Both the position numbers and the translations under genes were made by a program. Under the pieces are notes generated by a model that worked only from the letters and a program-made list of their open reading frames with translations, had not been told where the DNA came from and searched no databases. Shown piece by piece: positions 39,481 through 54,200 of a stretch of DNA of 64,000 bases (positions are counted from its first letter, which is position 1; every line of letters starts with the position of its first letter). Source of the DNA: Epiperipatus broadwayi (Eukaryota; Animalia; Onychophora); contig JAQFVV010000001.1 in NCBI GenBank assembly GCA_028023455.1, positions 1,612,001-1,676,000 of the forward strand. The letters are read 5' to 3'.

Positions 39481-40568
39481 TTTTTGATAAATAAATTATT
39501 TTTATTGCTAAATATATATTATTTTTTAGATTTTATTTTTGATGTAAATTCAAAAATAAATTCATAATTTTATTAATTTTTTTAATTATTGTCATGCACA
39601 ATGTAGCTCTGTCTAATGGTCAGACCTCAGACTACATGAACACTCAAAGAGCATTTTTAATTTCAAAAATAATCATTTTTGAAATCAAACTTTCATGGTC
39701 TACCAATTCCCTTTTGATAAAATGGAAATTCCCACTTTTTTAAAATAAATGAATGAATAAATAAAGCTATTATAGAAGTAATTTCCACTGTCTTTCACAA
39801 AAAACAACAACTCAGGATTAAAATACAGTACAAAACAATTTGGATAGGAAAAACAAAACCATAAAAAATAATTCTAAGCTGAAGCAAAAAATGAATAATA
39901 ATAAGCCTTTATCTGCATTAATAAAAAAACAAACAGATGTGCTTGATAGTATAAAATAAGTCATATGGCAATGGAAGATGAATAGTAAAAGATATAGTTG
40001 AGATGAAAACTAGAAAATTACAAAGAACTGATGAAATTGTTGTGGAATTACTACAGGCTAGGAGAAAAAATATATGCTAATATTTGTAATATTGTTATGG
40101 AACATAGATAATATATTTTCTTTCAATAATTATTATTCTTTTAAAGAAAAATATAATGTGAAGAATTTATGGAGATTGAATCTCAAAATGCAGCTAAGAT
40201 ATTACTGAGAGTATAGTATACATGTTATAAAATATTAGACCAGTTATCTAAAAATATGCTATTGAAGTGGTGAAGATTATTATTAATACATATAAAAACA
40301 AAAAAAAGAGCTAATATTAATAATGAAATAACAATAAATTGAATTATTTTGTTGAAGAAAAATATAAATAGAAAGAAAATGAAAAAAATATTATGAAATA
40401 TATTTTTTAAAAAAGACTTCATGAAAAAAAAACTTTTCTTTTTAAATTGAATTATGAATATAAGTTTATACTTTCTTTTAATAATTTATATTGTAATAAC
40501 CAGCCTATCTGAGGATATCTATTCATTAGAATAGAATATTATAAAAAGGACCAATGATGAGCAATGTT

Positions 40569-42239
40569 TAGAGACTGAAAACCGTTTTTTTCCGCATTAA
40601 AAAAAGTTTGCAATTTTGACCGCAATAGCATGCAACCCGTATACGTCACAGTTACGGTTTTTTTCCTTTCTCTCCGCCATTTTTCTATCTTTTTGCACGT
40701 CTAAAAATTTTTTCTGTGCGATGAAAATTAGATTTTTTATAGCAATTTTTGTAAAGTACATTATTAAAATTTTATAATTTTTTTTATCTTTCTAGATTTT
40801 ATCAACGTATAAACAAAATAACCGCACAAATGGCTTCTTTCGCCGCTGAACGTAATTTTGATTGATTCTGACGAAGACTTTTTTGTTTGTGTTTGATTCT
40901 GAGGTTTCGTCATATTTCACCATTAGCTGTGAGTATTCAATTCCTGATCTATTTTATTTATTTTTTATACAAAATTATATATTTGCAGCTGATCTATTTC
41001 ATTTATTTTTTATACAAAATTATATATTTGCACTGAAAGCAATAAGTATGTTTCAGAGTGGAAGGCATTACCGAAGTAGGTTGGTCTGTCACCCGCTGAG
41101 TTGAATGCATTTTTTGGTATGATTATTCATGTTTGTACTATATCACGCATACCAAAACTAAAATTTATTTGGTCTAAAAATGAATATTTGCATCAATCGG
41201 TACTTGCTAACTTGCTAGAGTTATAACCCGAGATCGATTTTTTGGTATTCTAAATAATTTACAATGCTGAATCAACAGTCATCATCATCATCTCCCACTG
41301 ATATATAATAATTGCTTGTAATTCCTTTGGGTTATTTTATTTTATTTACTGTTTTTATTCATTTCATTGTAGATAAGTTTTTAATTACTTTGAAACATAC
41401 TTTGCTATTATGGTCTCCTGTGAAATAATGCATAATTTAGCTCACCCTCATGATATTTCAATAATATAATAATTATTTTTTATAGCCATAACTTAGAATT
41501 TACTATGTTTTTATTCATTTTATTTTAGAAACAAATTTTTAATTTATTTCATCACATACTATGTTTTTATTCATTTCATTGTAGATAAGTTTTTAATTAC
41601 TTTGAAGCATACTTTGCTATTATGGTCTCCTATGAAATAATGCATAATTTAGCTCGCCCTTTCTCCCATGATATTCCAATAATATAGTAAGTATTTTTTA
41701 CCCCCATAACTTACACTTTACTAAAGTTATTAGTTTTTTTTTTTTTTTTGATCCACACTAAAACCTTGCATTTCTAATAGATATCCTGCATAGAGGGCCT
41801 AGAAAAACAACTGCTTGCAAAAATTGAACATATAGGCTGGTTAGTAAAAAAGTGAAACTGAAATTGTCACCTTTTGCCACATTACTCCAACAAACTGTAA
41901 CTCGGGTAGGTCATGTTATATATATATTTTTTTCTGCATTTTATGACGAATGTGATGCTGTCTATGAAATTGTAATTTTAGGTTATACATTTCAAAATTG
42001 AGAGTTTGTGAACCAATATAAAAATAAAAATTTTTAAAATGTGAAAAATATCCTTTTTTTTTTATTATTTTTTTGTGGTAATGACTACTTTATCAGCTTT
42101 ATTACATTCTTTCATATTTGCACTTTATAAAAATATATATATTTATTTATTGTAATAAATTAGACATTTCATTTAAAATTGTATGTCCTGTAATTTTTTC
42201 TGGGAATTCAAAATGGCCATTCAGGCCTCTAAGGGTTAA
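40569..42239. mobile_element. Probable non-autonomous piggyBac-like element at the palindrome centre
   Basis: The right end ...ggccattcaggcctctAAGGG-TTAA (42236-42239) fits piggyBac termini. Its reverse complement TTAGAGGCCTGAA resembles TTAGAGAC-TGAA at 40569. The interior is CpG-rich with no transposase ORF. Confidence 0.45.
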
Positions 42240-42287
42240 TTGGCTGATGATCAGAAGGGATTCATATGATATATTGGTTAGCATTCA

Positions 42288-45200
42288 TATGTGATGAAAT
42301 AAATTAAAAATTGTTTCTAAAATAAAATGAATAAAAACATAGTAAATTCACAAGTTATGGCTATAAAAAATAAGTATTACTATTATTGAAATATCATGAG
42401 GGGTAAGAGCTAAATTATGCATTATTTCAAAGACCACATAATAAAGTATGTTTCAAAGTAATTAAAGGCATATCCTACAGTAGGAAATTAATTAAAAAAC
42501 AGTAAAAATAAATAAAATAACTTAGGAATTACAAGCAATTATTATATATCAGTTGGAGATGATGATGATGACTGTTGATTCACACATTGTAAATTATTTA
42601 GAATACCAAAAAATCGATCTCGAGTTATGACTCTTAAAAGTTAGCAAAGTACCGATTGATGCAAATATTCATTTTTGATTAAATAAATTTTAGTTTTGGT
42701 ATGCGTGATATAGTACAAACATGAATAAGTATGCAAAAAAATGCATTCAGCTCAGCGGGCAAGCAGACCAACTACTGCTTCGGTAATACGCTTCCACTCT
42801 GAAACATACTTATTGCTTTCAGTGCAAATATATAATTTTGTATAAAAAATAAATGAAATAGATCAGCTGCAAATATATAATTTTGGCAACAAAAATAAAT
42901 AAAATGAATCCAGAATTAGATAAAAAAACAAATGTTGAGGCATAGGCGAAACCTCAGAATCAAACACAAACCAAAAAGTCTGCATCAGAATCAATCAAAA
43001 TTACGTTCAGCGGCAGAAGAAGCCCATTTGTGCGAGATTATTTTGTTTATACGTTGATAAAATCTAGAAAGATAAAAAAAATTATAAAATTTTAATAATG
43101 TACTTTCAAAATTGCTATAAAATCTAATTTCATCGCACAGGAAAAATTTTTAGACGTGCAAAAAGATAGAAAAATGGCGGAGAGAAAAGGAAAAAAACCG
43201 TAACTGTGACACGTATGCAAGGTTGCGTGCATTGCGCAGTCAAAATTTTAGGCTTTTTTTAATGCGGAAAAAAACGAGGGACGGTCTCTCTAAACATTGC
43301 TCATCATTGGTCCTTTTTATAATATTCTATTCTAATGAATAGATAACTCCTCAGATGAGCTGGTTATTACAGTATAGGTTGTTTTTTGTAAGTACAAGCT
43401 TGTATTCATAATTCAGTTTAAAAAGTTTTTTTTCGTAAAGTCTTTTTTGAAAATATATTTCATAATATTTTTCATTTTTCTTTCTATTTATATTTTTCTT
43501 CAACAAAATAATTCAATTTATTGTTGTTTCATTATTAATAATAGCTCTTTTTTTTGTTTTTATGTGTATTAATAATAATCTTCACCACTTCAATAGCATA
43601 TTTTTAGATAGCTGGTCTAATATTTTATAACATGCATACTATACTCTCAGTAATATCTTAGCTGCATTTTGAGATCAATCTCCATAAATTCTTCACATTA
43701 TATTTTTCTTTAAAAGAATAATAATTATTGAAAGAAAATATATTATCTATGTTCCATAACAATATTACAAATATTAGCATATATTTTTTCTCCTAGCTGT
43801 AGTAATTCCACAACAATTTCATCAGTTCTTTGTAATTTTCTAGTTTTCATCTCAACTATATCTTTTACTATTCATCTTCCATTGCCATATGACTTATTTT
43901 ATACTATCAAGCATATCTGTTTGTTTTTTTATTAATGCAGATAAAGGCTTATTATTATTCATTTTTTGCTTCAGCTTAGAATTATTTTTTATGGTTTTGT
44001 TTTTCCTATCCAAATTGTTTTGTACTGTATTTTAATCCCGAGTTGTTGTTTTTTGTGAAAGACAGTGGAAATTACTTCTATAATAGCTTTATTTATTCAT
44101 TCATTTTATTTTAAAAAAGTGGGAATTTCCATTTTATCAAAAGGGAATTGGTAGACCATGAAAGTTTGATTTCAAAAATGATTATTTTTGAAATTAAAAA
44201 TGCTCTTTGAGTGTTCATGTAGTCTGAGGTCTGGCCATTAATAAAATTATGAATTTATTTTTGAATTTACATCAAAAATAAAATCTAAAAAATAATATGT
44301 ATTTAGCAATAAAAATAATTTATTTATCAAAAAATTATATTAATAAATAAAATTGAAATGGAAGTAATTGCAATTCCCAATGAGCTATGTATAAAATAAT
44401 AGTAAAATGTCAGTAAATTAAGAAAAGAACAAAATGATACCAATCTAATCTTTTAGCTTTAATGGTATTCAGGCATTCATTTATTGATGTTATAAATCAG
44501 AGAGGAAATCTGTAAATTTGATTTATGTATAACATAAATAATGTGAAATCACTATTTAACTAATAAGAGAATCAAGGCAGTGTGTTATTTTTAATAAACC
44601 CTAAATGAAACATCTGTTTAATAAATGTAACTATAATCATAGTTTAATGATATGAAATTGAAATGGAAATAACTGCAACTCCCAATGAGCTATGTACAAA
44701 CTAATAGTCAAATGTCATTAAATTAAGAAAAGAACAAAATGATATCAATTTATTCCTTAAGCTTTGTTCAATTTTATATTGTTAAGTTAGGATTATTTAC
44801 ATTTATTAAACTGACATTTAATTTGGAAGTTGTTAATAATAAGGCACTGCTGTTTCAGATCACTTATCCTCTACATAAATCAAACTAATATACTTAATTC
44901 ACTCTCTGCTTTATCACACCTTCAATAATATTTAAATACAACAAGAATAAAAGAATAAATTAGTATTCTATTCTTTTTCTAATTTATTGACATTTGATTA
45001 TTAGTTTATACATAGCTCATTGGAAATTCTAATTCCATTTCAATTACTTATCATTAAAGTATGATTATTTATAATTACAATAAATAAAATATATGCAAAA
45101 ATGTAATTCCATAAAAATAATGAAGTTCAAAACTCAGCAGCAAGTGTATTAAATAAAAGGAAGCACAAAATATGTATAAATAAAAAAACTAATGGTATTC

Positions 45201-48200
45201 AATGGCAATAGGTGTTTTAGCTAAGAGCAGTCCATAAATTCCAGATGACTGACCAAATATAAATCCATAAGAAATGAAATTCTTAAATAAACCAATTCAT
45301 AGCATAGCAGCAAGTGTATTAAATAAAAGCATCAGATATTTCAAATTAAGCAATTCATAACAAATAAAATGCACATATGAGCCAAAACATGATGCATTTA
45401 GGAAAATAATGAAAGATATGCATATCAAAAAATGAGCACAGGCCAAAGCATACATTTCTTAAATTGCAATCAGCAAAAATTTCACACTTCACTACAGAAT
45501 GGTACTATAACATTAACTTAAAACACTAGACTATCATGCTTACTTCATAAGAACCATGAAATTTAGATTGTCTATAATGTAAGAAATATATGCTTTGTGG
45601 GAGGGGGGGTTACTTGCATTTTATTTGTTGTGGATTGCTTTCATTTAAAATACATGTACTTTTATTTAATACACTTGCTGTGCTATGAATGGGTTTCTTT
45701 TATGGATTTGCATTTGGTCTTATACCTGTATTTTCATTATTATGGATTGCTTTTACTTAATTGTCATCAACTATATATATTTTTAATACAGTATTTTGTG
45801 CTTGTTTTTATCAAGGAAATATAATGGTAATCAAAATAACTAGTGGCAATTTAAACTTCATTAACTGAATTAAATGAACAAATAATAACATCCCTCAATA
45901 TATTTAAAATGTTCTCATTTATCATTAATGAATTTCAGACTACTTAAAGAATTGATTACTCCAGCTTGCTGTGTGTGGCAATATATACAGTGAGTTTTGT
46001 CTGTTTTAAGGAATATATGTAGTTCAATTATAACTTCAAATTTTTACTCTATCACTTTCTAAATATTAAAATAGGCAAAACTCTCTATACGTATTGCCAC
46101 TCAGTGCAAGCCAGAGTAATCAATGGATGCCGGAAGCCTTATGCATATAATCCCCATCTAGTGCCTACTCACTTTCTAAATATGTTATCACTGATTTTTA
46201 AACTTTCTATTCACAATTGATTCCTATTAAACTAATATGAAATGACTGAATATCTCATATCTACAGATTCTAAATAAATTAGCTACTGAGTTGAACTGGC
46301 TTATGTTCTGGGCAGATTATATACAATGCATGGCACTCAATATTTCTTTTTATCTCATTGAAGTATAACTTCTCTTATTTTCTTAACATTTTTAAGGATG
46401 TATTCTCATTCTGGCCCACTTAATGGTATGCAATATACTAAAAATTTTGATTACACCATTCTTTAACCATTATAAGATGGAAAAATAATGACAATGTATT
46501 CATCATTTAGTTGGGTATTATTCATATTGTAATAAATATCAACTTAATTTTCATATAATAATAAATTATATATAATGACTATCACCCTACAAAGCAGATC
46601 AAACATAATTAAAATAAGACTTAAAATGTTAGTTTTAATCTTGTATATGTTTAACTTTCAATTGAATTTAATTTGTAAATTGTATATATTTAACCTTCAG
46701 TTGAATTTAATTTGTAAAAAAATTAAATTATTTTCTACAATATTTTAAAAGTTATTAAATATATTTTAGAATATGTTAAGTTTTTATATTAAAAAGTTAG
46801 AAGTCTGAATCTCCACTTTATTAGGTTTTTTCCTATGCTATATGGGTTGTTTTAAATTCTGAAAACATTAATGCACATAAAATTAAATAAATATTATTTA
46901 ATTAATAAAATTACCATTAAAATGTTTAAATATAAAAATAAAATTTTAAATTAAATAACTTTTTTTTTTTTACAAGCATCATGTAAAATATTTCAATTGC
47001 ATTATGCTGGGAGTTTGTGAATTAAGAATTTTTTGCTTTCTTGAGGAAACTTGACATCTCCATGCAAACCATATAAATTCATATTTATAAAAAAAAAAAC
47101 TTGACCAGGAGAAAATCAGATTGATGAAGTGATTATTACTACATAATATACCAGAAGTGAACAAAATGAACAGTCACTACCACTGATGAGTATCTAATCA
47201 ATAATGAGTAAATTTAATTACTTCAATTTTGCATTTTATATTCTAATCTTGTTATTAATAAAACATTTTTATCATAGTATTACATTTATTTATAGCTCAT
47301 TTTATTAAATTAAAAATAACTTTATTCTGATATTTTTTTTTCTATTCACACACACATATATATTGCACTGTTATTACATGTCTGTAATTTTTATTAAAAA
47401 ATTAAGATAAAAATAAATTATAAGTGGCTTAATTTAAAGATTTTTTAAAAAAATAAACTACATCATAGTTTTCTCTTAGAATAAAACTTCTTAGTGAGAG
47501 GGGGGGGAAATGTTTATGATAGAACTAAAGAAAGGTTAAAATTTTTTCTCTCTTTTTAAAGAAAAGAGCTTTTATAAAGTAAAAACTAAATAAATATGCA
47601 ATATTTAAAATAAAATTTGTTTGTAAAAAAAAACTTTGTCAGCAGCAGATCAGATCTTTTAGCTTATTCCAGTTTGTAAAAATAAAATTATTTTTTGTGA
47701 ACTCCAAGAAAACATGCGTTGCTAATCAGAAGTCAAAGTATGCCACTGTACTCCAATCTTTGATCACCGTAGAATATCTGAAGGTCTATAACTAGACACA
47801 ATGAACATATAACAACCTGGGCTATTCGAACATATGTCTGCCGGACTGAAATGCAGCAAGGAATAACTTTCGTCAGCTATCCAAATTCCAACCGGTTGAT
47901 ACAACACGCATCACACAGGAGAAAGAAGCAGCCGTCTATCCAGGATCATGTATATGAAAACCTATAGGTAATATTAATTATTCTTTATTCCCATTCCTAT
48001 CGTGTCAGTAATTTATTATTGTAGCCATTTCAATCTTTGAAATATTCAGAATTAACAGAACTGAACTCTTAACTAGCATAAAAGAACTTTATATGCAGAG
48101 TTAGTATAATCAGCAAAAATATTTCTAGAACTTTCCGAATCGTACAAAAAAATAGCGTATGATAAAATGTGTGTTTGGCATATATAATATTTTTAATGCT

Positions 48201-51200
48201 GTATGTGAATTTATAATATGTGTGCCTGATATATAATACGTAATTATTGTTTTATTTAGGGAAGAGATGGTAAATTGGGTCTTAAGTTAATTTAAAGTTT
48301 TAAATAAATTTTGTCAGTCAATTCTTTTACTAATACCACTAATTAAAGCAATTTATTATATATATTTTTTTGATTGAGTTAGTTGGGATATTCAGCTGCT
48401 GAGTTGATGGCTGTCATACAGAGCATGTTAGTTACTTCTTGTAATTAACTGGCATCCAAAGTTTACTGCAAAACAAAGTGCTTTGAATGACAGGGTTTGA
48501 ATTCAGCAGCAGGAGAAGTTCTGCAGCTTAGAAATGTGACTAAATTATACCTTGTATAATTTCAGTCTGGCTATAGGTACCCTCTGGGTATTTTTTTCTG
48601 CCTGAGGGGCCGGTGTGATGCAATACTAAATTGCAGCTGGAATAGATCGAATTTATAATAAATAATTTGTCATATTTTATATACAAAAGAAGTCAACAAT
48701 GTTTTTCACAATTTGTTTTTATTAAAGTAAAAAAAATTATTCTATATTTTTTTTTTATTCGAACTATCTCCTACCTGGTTCAACATATAAAAATCGTATT
48801 TTGTGGGTACATCCATGTAAGATTTTTATTAGATATTCCAACGTTTTGACTTGATCACACAAGCCCTCAACTAGAAATGAATACTCTATAACTGTAAAGG
48901 TGCTGTAAATAGTGTCTATAAAGATAGTTGTAGAGATGCTGCAAATAGTGTTTACAATAATTATTAAAGTTTCACAACTAGAAAAGACAAGTGTATAAAA
49001 TTGAACAAATTGAAAAATAAATAAAAATTAATAAACAACAAATAAAAAAATTCAGAATCTTCAGAGTAAATTATTTTTCAAAAAAAATTTCCAAATAGAA
49101 GGAAATTTACATGTGTCATTGCATTTGTTGATACAGTTAGATCTTTTTAGTATCTCAATAGCTTCTCTGATCTTACACTGATGTAGGTTTTCATATCTGG
49201 ATAGTATATATTTGTTATGTATACAAATTAGTTTTAAAAGGTCTTAGTTTTTTATAAACTTTTAATTTTCTATTTTTATCATTAAATTATTAAGCATTTT
49301 GATTGAAATTTATAAATACTAAAATATAATAGCTACCTATTCTACATTTTTATATTATTATATTACTTTTAAACACTAAATCAAAATTTTGCCTGTTAAT
49401 ATGTTTGTGAATACTTTTCTTTCACCATTTATCTATCTATTTATTTATATATATGTAATCTATATTTGTTTTCATTTTTAATAAAAATTAAGAGAGAATG
49501 CATATTTAAATATAATTGTTTAACAAGAAAGAGAGAAAAAAAAAGATACAAATTACTGTCTTTCGATGTTCTTTTTTTATACATTAATAATGCCCATTTC
49601 AAATATACATCACTTCTTGTTACATTGTAATACATAAAAAGAAAACTTATAATAAAATATTTAATATATATTCTAAACAAAGCATAAAAAATATATAAAT
49701 TATTAGTGAAATTATTCAAGAGAGAAAAACTTTTATCAGCCTAAATTTAAGTTCAAAAAATCACCTATAGTTTATTTTCTTGGAGTAAATCTTGGATTAT
49801 AATGATTTGGAAATTTTTTACAAAAATGTTTATTATGTATTGTAGCTTTGATGTTATGGTATTATTAATTTATTTTGGTAAACATGCTATATTAAGTTGT
49901 ATATTTTATTGACTAATTTTTTTCTAACTAAAACCACAGCTTTGATGAATTATGACAAAACATGGGCTGTTTGCTTGGGCGATATTATTTTGCCAAGAAA
50001 TTTTTCAAATATTTCTAGTTTACATTATTGATCACTTAGTGTGTCAAATAAGCAATTTACATTTAAATAACTTTGACTAGTTTTTTTTTACATTTTGATT
50101 CTAGCTATAGGTTTTTATGGCTAATGTCATTATTTCACTATTTAATTACTTCTGACTATAGTTTTTTTTTTTTTTTATGGCTTCTGATATCATTTTATAG
50201 ATGCAGATATGCATTAACATTCTAAAGCAAGTTTCCAGGAGAGATTTTCTGTTTATTTATTCAGTCATTCTTAACTTCCTTAGTAGGAAACTTATACTAT
50301 AATTAGTGTATTAATTAAAGATTCAAAACATTTCTTCGAATACTTGTAAAGCTATTACTTCATTAGTATTGAATAGATCTAAATATACTGCACCATGAAT
50401 AGTAGTTCCCCATTCCCTTTTATATAAAACATATACAACTAATAATTTACTAAGACAATAAAGCCAATTATTCAAGGCTTTAATAGGTTTATAAATTAAA
50501 TGATAATAACAATTCTTAAGCTATTGACAATCTCAGCAACTAATAATATAGACTAAAGAAAAATTAAATTTTTCATAACTTATGTGAAAATATCCATGCT
50601 TAAATAAATGCCTGTAGCTTGTCAAGTATTTAACAAAATTGCGTAAGTTACAAAGATATAATTTTGACTTGACCTCTAATTATATTTTTAGATGTACTTT
50701 TCATAAACATTTTTTAAATGGAATTGAAATATTTATTTGAAATTATCTGGATTTTATATAAATTTTCTCTACTCAATTTTTATTTTTTTAAACATTAGAT
50801 TTTATTAATTGAAAATTTGGTAATCTGTTATATTTAAAGAGAATAAGAGATGATAGAGCTTAATCTGGCCAAGCTATATATCAGAAATACATTATGTTTT
50901 AAAAGGTATAATTGAAAAAGAAAAAAAAAATATTTTAATTTATATTTTAATATTTTTGGTAACCTACATTTTTTTCTATAATCCTAAAAGAATTGAGTAA
51001 TGACATTTGTTTAAATTTAATTTGAATTCAATTTAAAATTAAATAAAATCAGAGGAAAAATATTAAATATTTAAAATAAATATCAGGTTAATTTTCAAAA
51101 ATAAACAAATTTTTAAATTTAATTATTATTTAATAACACTAATAATAATGTTTAAGTTGTATTATTTTAAATGTATATGTGTGCAGTACATAGTGTCACT

Positions 51201-54200
51201 GTTTTAAAACATTTTTAAAGTTATAAAACACATTTTAAAACCCTTTCAATCAAAAATTTCTTGAGACCTCTCACTTAGTTACATATACATTATTTTATAG
51301 TTGTGGTAAAAATAGTTCTGCTTATAAAAAGGGGAAAGATAAATAGAGAATGTGAAAATTAGACAATGAATAGATAAAAAAAAGTATGTGATTAAAAATA
51401 TGAGTCAGTCTAAAAAAAGTTTTTATTGAAACATAAAATGATTATTGCATTTCTATCACCAAATATCTCTTAAAACAATTTGACTCTATTATCTTCATTT
51501 GTTTATACAAATGATAAATAAAAGTGGTTTAAGAATAAAATGATATTCCTAGATAAATTTTCAAAAGATTTTCACCTGACTTGTTTGGCTCAAATATATT
51601 AAAACCTCTCAAAATAGGAAAGTATAACAGTTGAATGTATTGGGAATATATAAATAAAGTTAAATTTTCTAAAGACATTCAATACACATATTAGATGATG
51701 GAAATAGTCCAATATAAAAATACAACTAGAACACCATCATCACAAACCTCAGGAAAATACTAAGTATTTGTATTGTATTTGGAATTCATTATGTATAGAT
51801 ATTACACTGATTTATAAGCTAATTATAATATGTCATTAAATAAAACAGTAAAAATATTTTGAAATTTTTATTCCTGTACTTGAAATAATTTGTTCCAATG
51901 AATTATAAAATTTTTATTCTTAATAAAGAAGGAAGACATATATATAGAAAAATCAAATTTAAGTTATTTTCATTCACTGAAACTAACACTTTTGAGATTA
52001 AAGAGGAATAAATTTACCATTATCTACCAAGTAGTAAAAATATTTAGACTTTTTCTATGTTAAAATCTGAAATGGCAAATAAAAATACTGGTTTTAGGTA
52101 TCATTTTAAAATTATTTACCTATTATAATGTTTATATAATTAATTCTGGTCTTTTTAAATAAACATAAGAGATTAATTTGTGGAACTGCTAAATTAAATG
52201 TAAATGGAAATATTTTAAAGGATAAATGAAAAAAAAATAGTTTGTTATTAAATTATTTGTTTAAAGTAGATAAAAGAAAAGTGAAATCACACTAAAACAT
52301 GTTTGCCAGTGAAGTATATAGGTGAAATTAATTTATTGTATTCTTAAACAAATTTTATAAAACATAAATGATATGCCATGAGAATTGTCCGAAAGGAAAA
52401 AAAAATGTCTTTAAAAGTGAAATAAAGTAATAGTTATTAAAGTATGATTTTAGAAATAAAGTTTATTTTAAATAGCAAAAATGAATGAATGATGGTTGTT
52501 TGAGGATGATGTCAATCCTTACAATATGTTTCTATTTTATCAAGTTGATTTATTTTAATTGAACATATGTTATTTTGATAATAAAGTTGATTTTCAAAGA
52601 AGCATAAAATAATTACGATCCTATTTAAATAGCACCCTTGTTGAATGTATTTCTAATTAAATTTCTTTATCTTCATTAGAAAATTTACTTTAAGAATGTT
52701 TAACCTTAAAAGTTATTTAAATAAAAAAAAATTAAAACTATGACAGACTATAAATTATTATCACTTATAAATTTACCAATACTAATAAAATATGAAGTAA
52801 AGTGAGAATATTTTTAAAAAGTGGTTTATATACGTGCACAGACAAAACTTTGCCTAAAAAGGTGTCAGCATTAAATGCCTGAAATTTGATAACAAATGCT
52901 TCTATAATACTTATTATTATGATTAAAATAAACTTGGAGCACCCATATATAGATATGCTTTACAAGGTATAAAATAAGAAACAATCTCGTTTTATTTAGT
53001 TTAATCATTATTATTGTCATCCATCATAATCATAGCCATTCTTATTAAACCTCATTAAGCATATATACATATGCTCCAAGTTTATTCATTTATATTAATG
53101 AAGGTTTTCATAACTAGAAATATGATTGCATGTGTGTAAATAGAGCACCTTTAACATATAAATATGTAAAAAAATATTAATATTTGGATAATAGTCATGA
53201 TGTAAACATGTGGAAGTATCATTCTGGAATTAATAAATGTTCAAGTGGGTGTTTTGGAAATACAAATGATTAGATCTATTTATGAAATAACCTGTATATT
53301 GTGAATACACAAGGAAATGCATAGTAAAAATTTCATCTCAAGTTTATCAATAAGTTAAAATATATTTATACTATGACTAAAATAAAAAATATGGATGATC
53401 GAATTATTGGAAGATTTAAGGTTGTCACCATAAAAAGAAATTTATAATATTGACTCTAGACATATCTTCACTCTCAGCATGAATGGATGATGAAAAAGAA
53501 AATAATATCCAACCAATTATTAAGAACAAAATTATTGAAAAACCAAGAACAAAAAAGGTTTAATTAATATTCAGTTCTATTTAAGACTAGAGAAAATGTT
53601 AATGACAAGAATTTTTTGAATGTTTGTAAAATGTATTTTAGTCACTATATAAAAATTACATGATTTATATGCATTAGAACAAGACAGTCAACAACAATAT
53701 TAGATATGTAGACATAAAATTTTCTATTTTAGCTCCAATTATACATACTATTTATAGAAAGTGTATGCTTATACAATGCATCGACATTATAAGACGTTTG
53801 ATGCTTTCTAATAAATATTTTCAAAATTAAAACTATATAAATTGCACATACTTTGAATAATTGTAATAACGTTTCTAAATAAAAAAGAAAACCAGTCTGA
53901 CAGCATTTGTGAGAATCTAATAATAAAAATCAAAATATCATTAAGAGTCTTAAAATATGTTTTCTTTATATTTTTTAATTAATATGTTTCTCACTACCAT
54001 TATAATTGATTATAAAGTCTAAGGAAATAACTTATCTAAACAAAATCTTGCTTTAGTATTTATTTTAAATTAGACTTTTTTGTTCAACTGAAGATATGAT
54101 TAAAGCTATAAGTAGCATGTATCTATTCTTGAGAAAGTGGAATATAGCAGATGAAGCATTTGAAAAAGTTTAATTAATTATACAGTGTAAATATCAACTT

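Larger units (their letters stand above)
25681..41558 (+). repeat. Left arm of a ~32.5-kb inverted repeat
   Basis: tgtatgtttcttatcccagaaatatcccccagaag (25681) is the reverse complement of the sequence ending at 58188. Mirrored ORFs: 34092-34370(+)/49441-49719(-), 37999-38232(-)/45597-45824(+), 28221-28460(-)/55431-55655(+). Confidence 0.95.

Noticed and set aside
42244-42280. CTGATGA in the palindrome spacer followed by ...GATATATTGG, resembling a family H hammerhead
   Set aside because: No stem II pairing, no GAAA and no complementary stem I.
47183-47215. CTGATGAG motif (mirror ~36620)
   Set aside because: No downstream stem II/GAAA arrangement.
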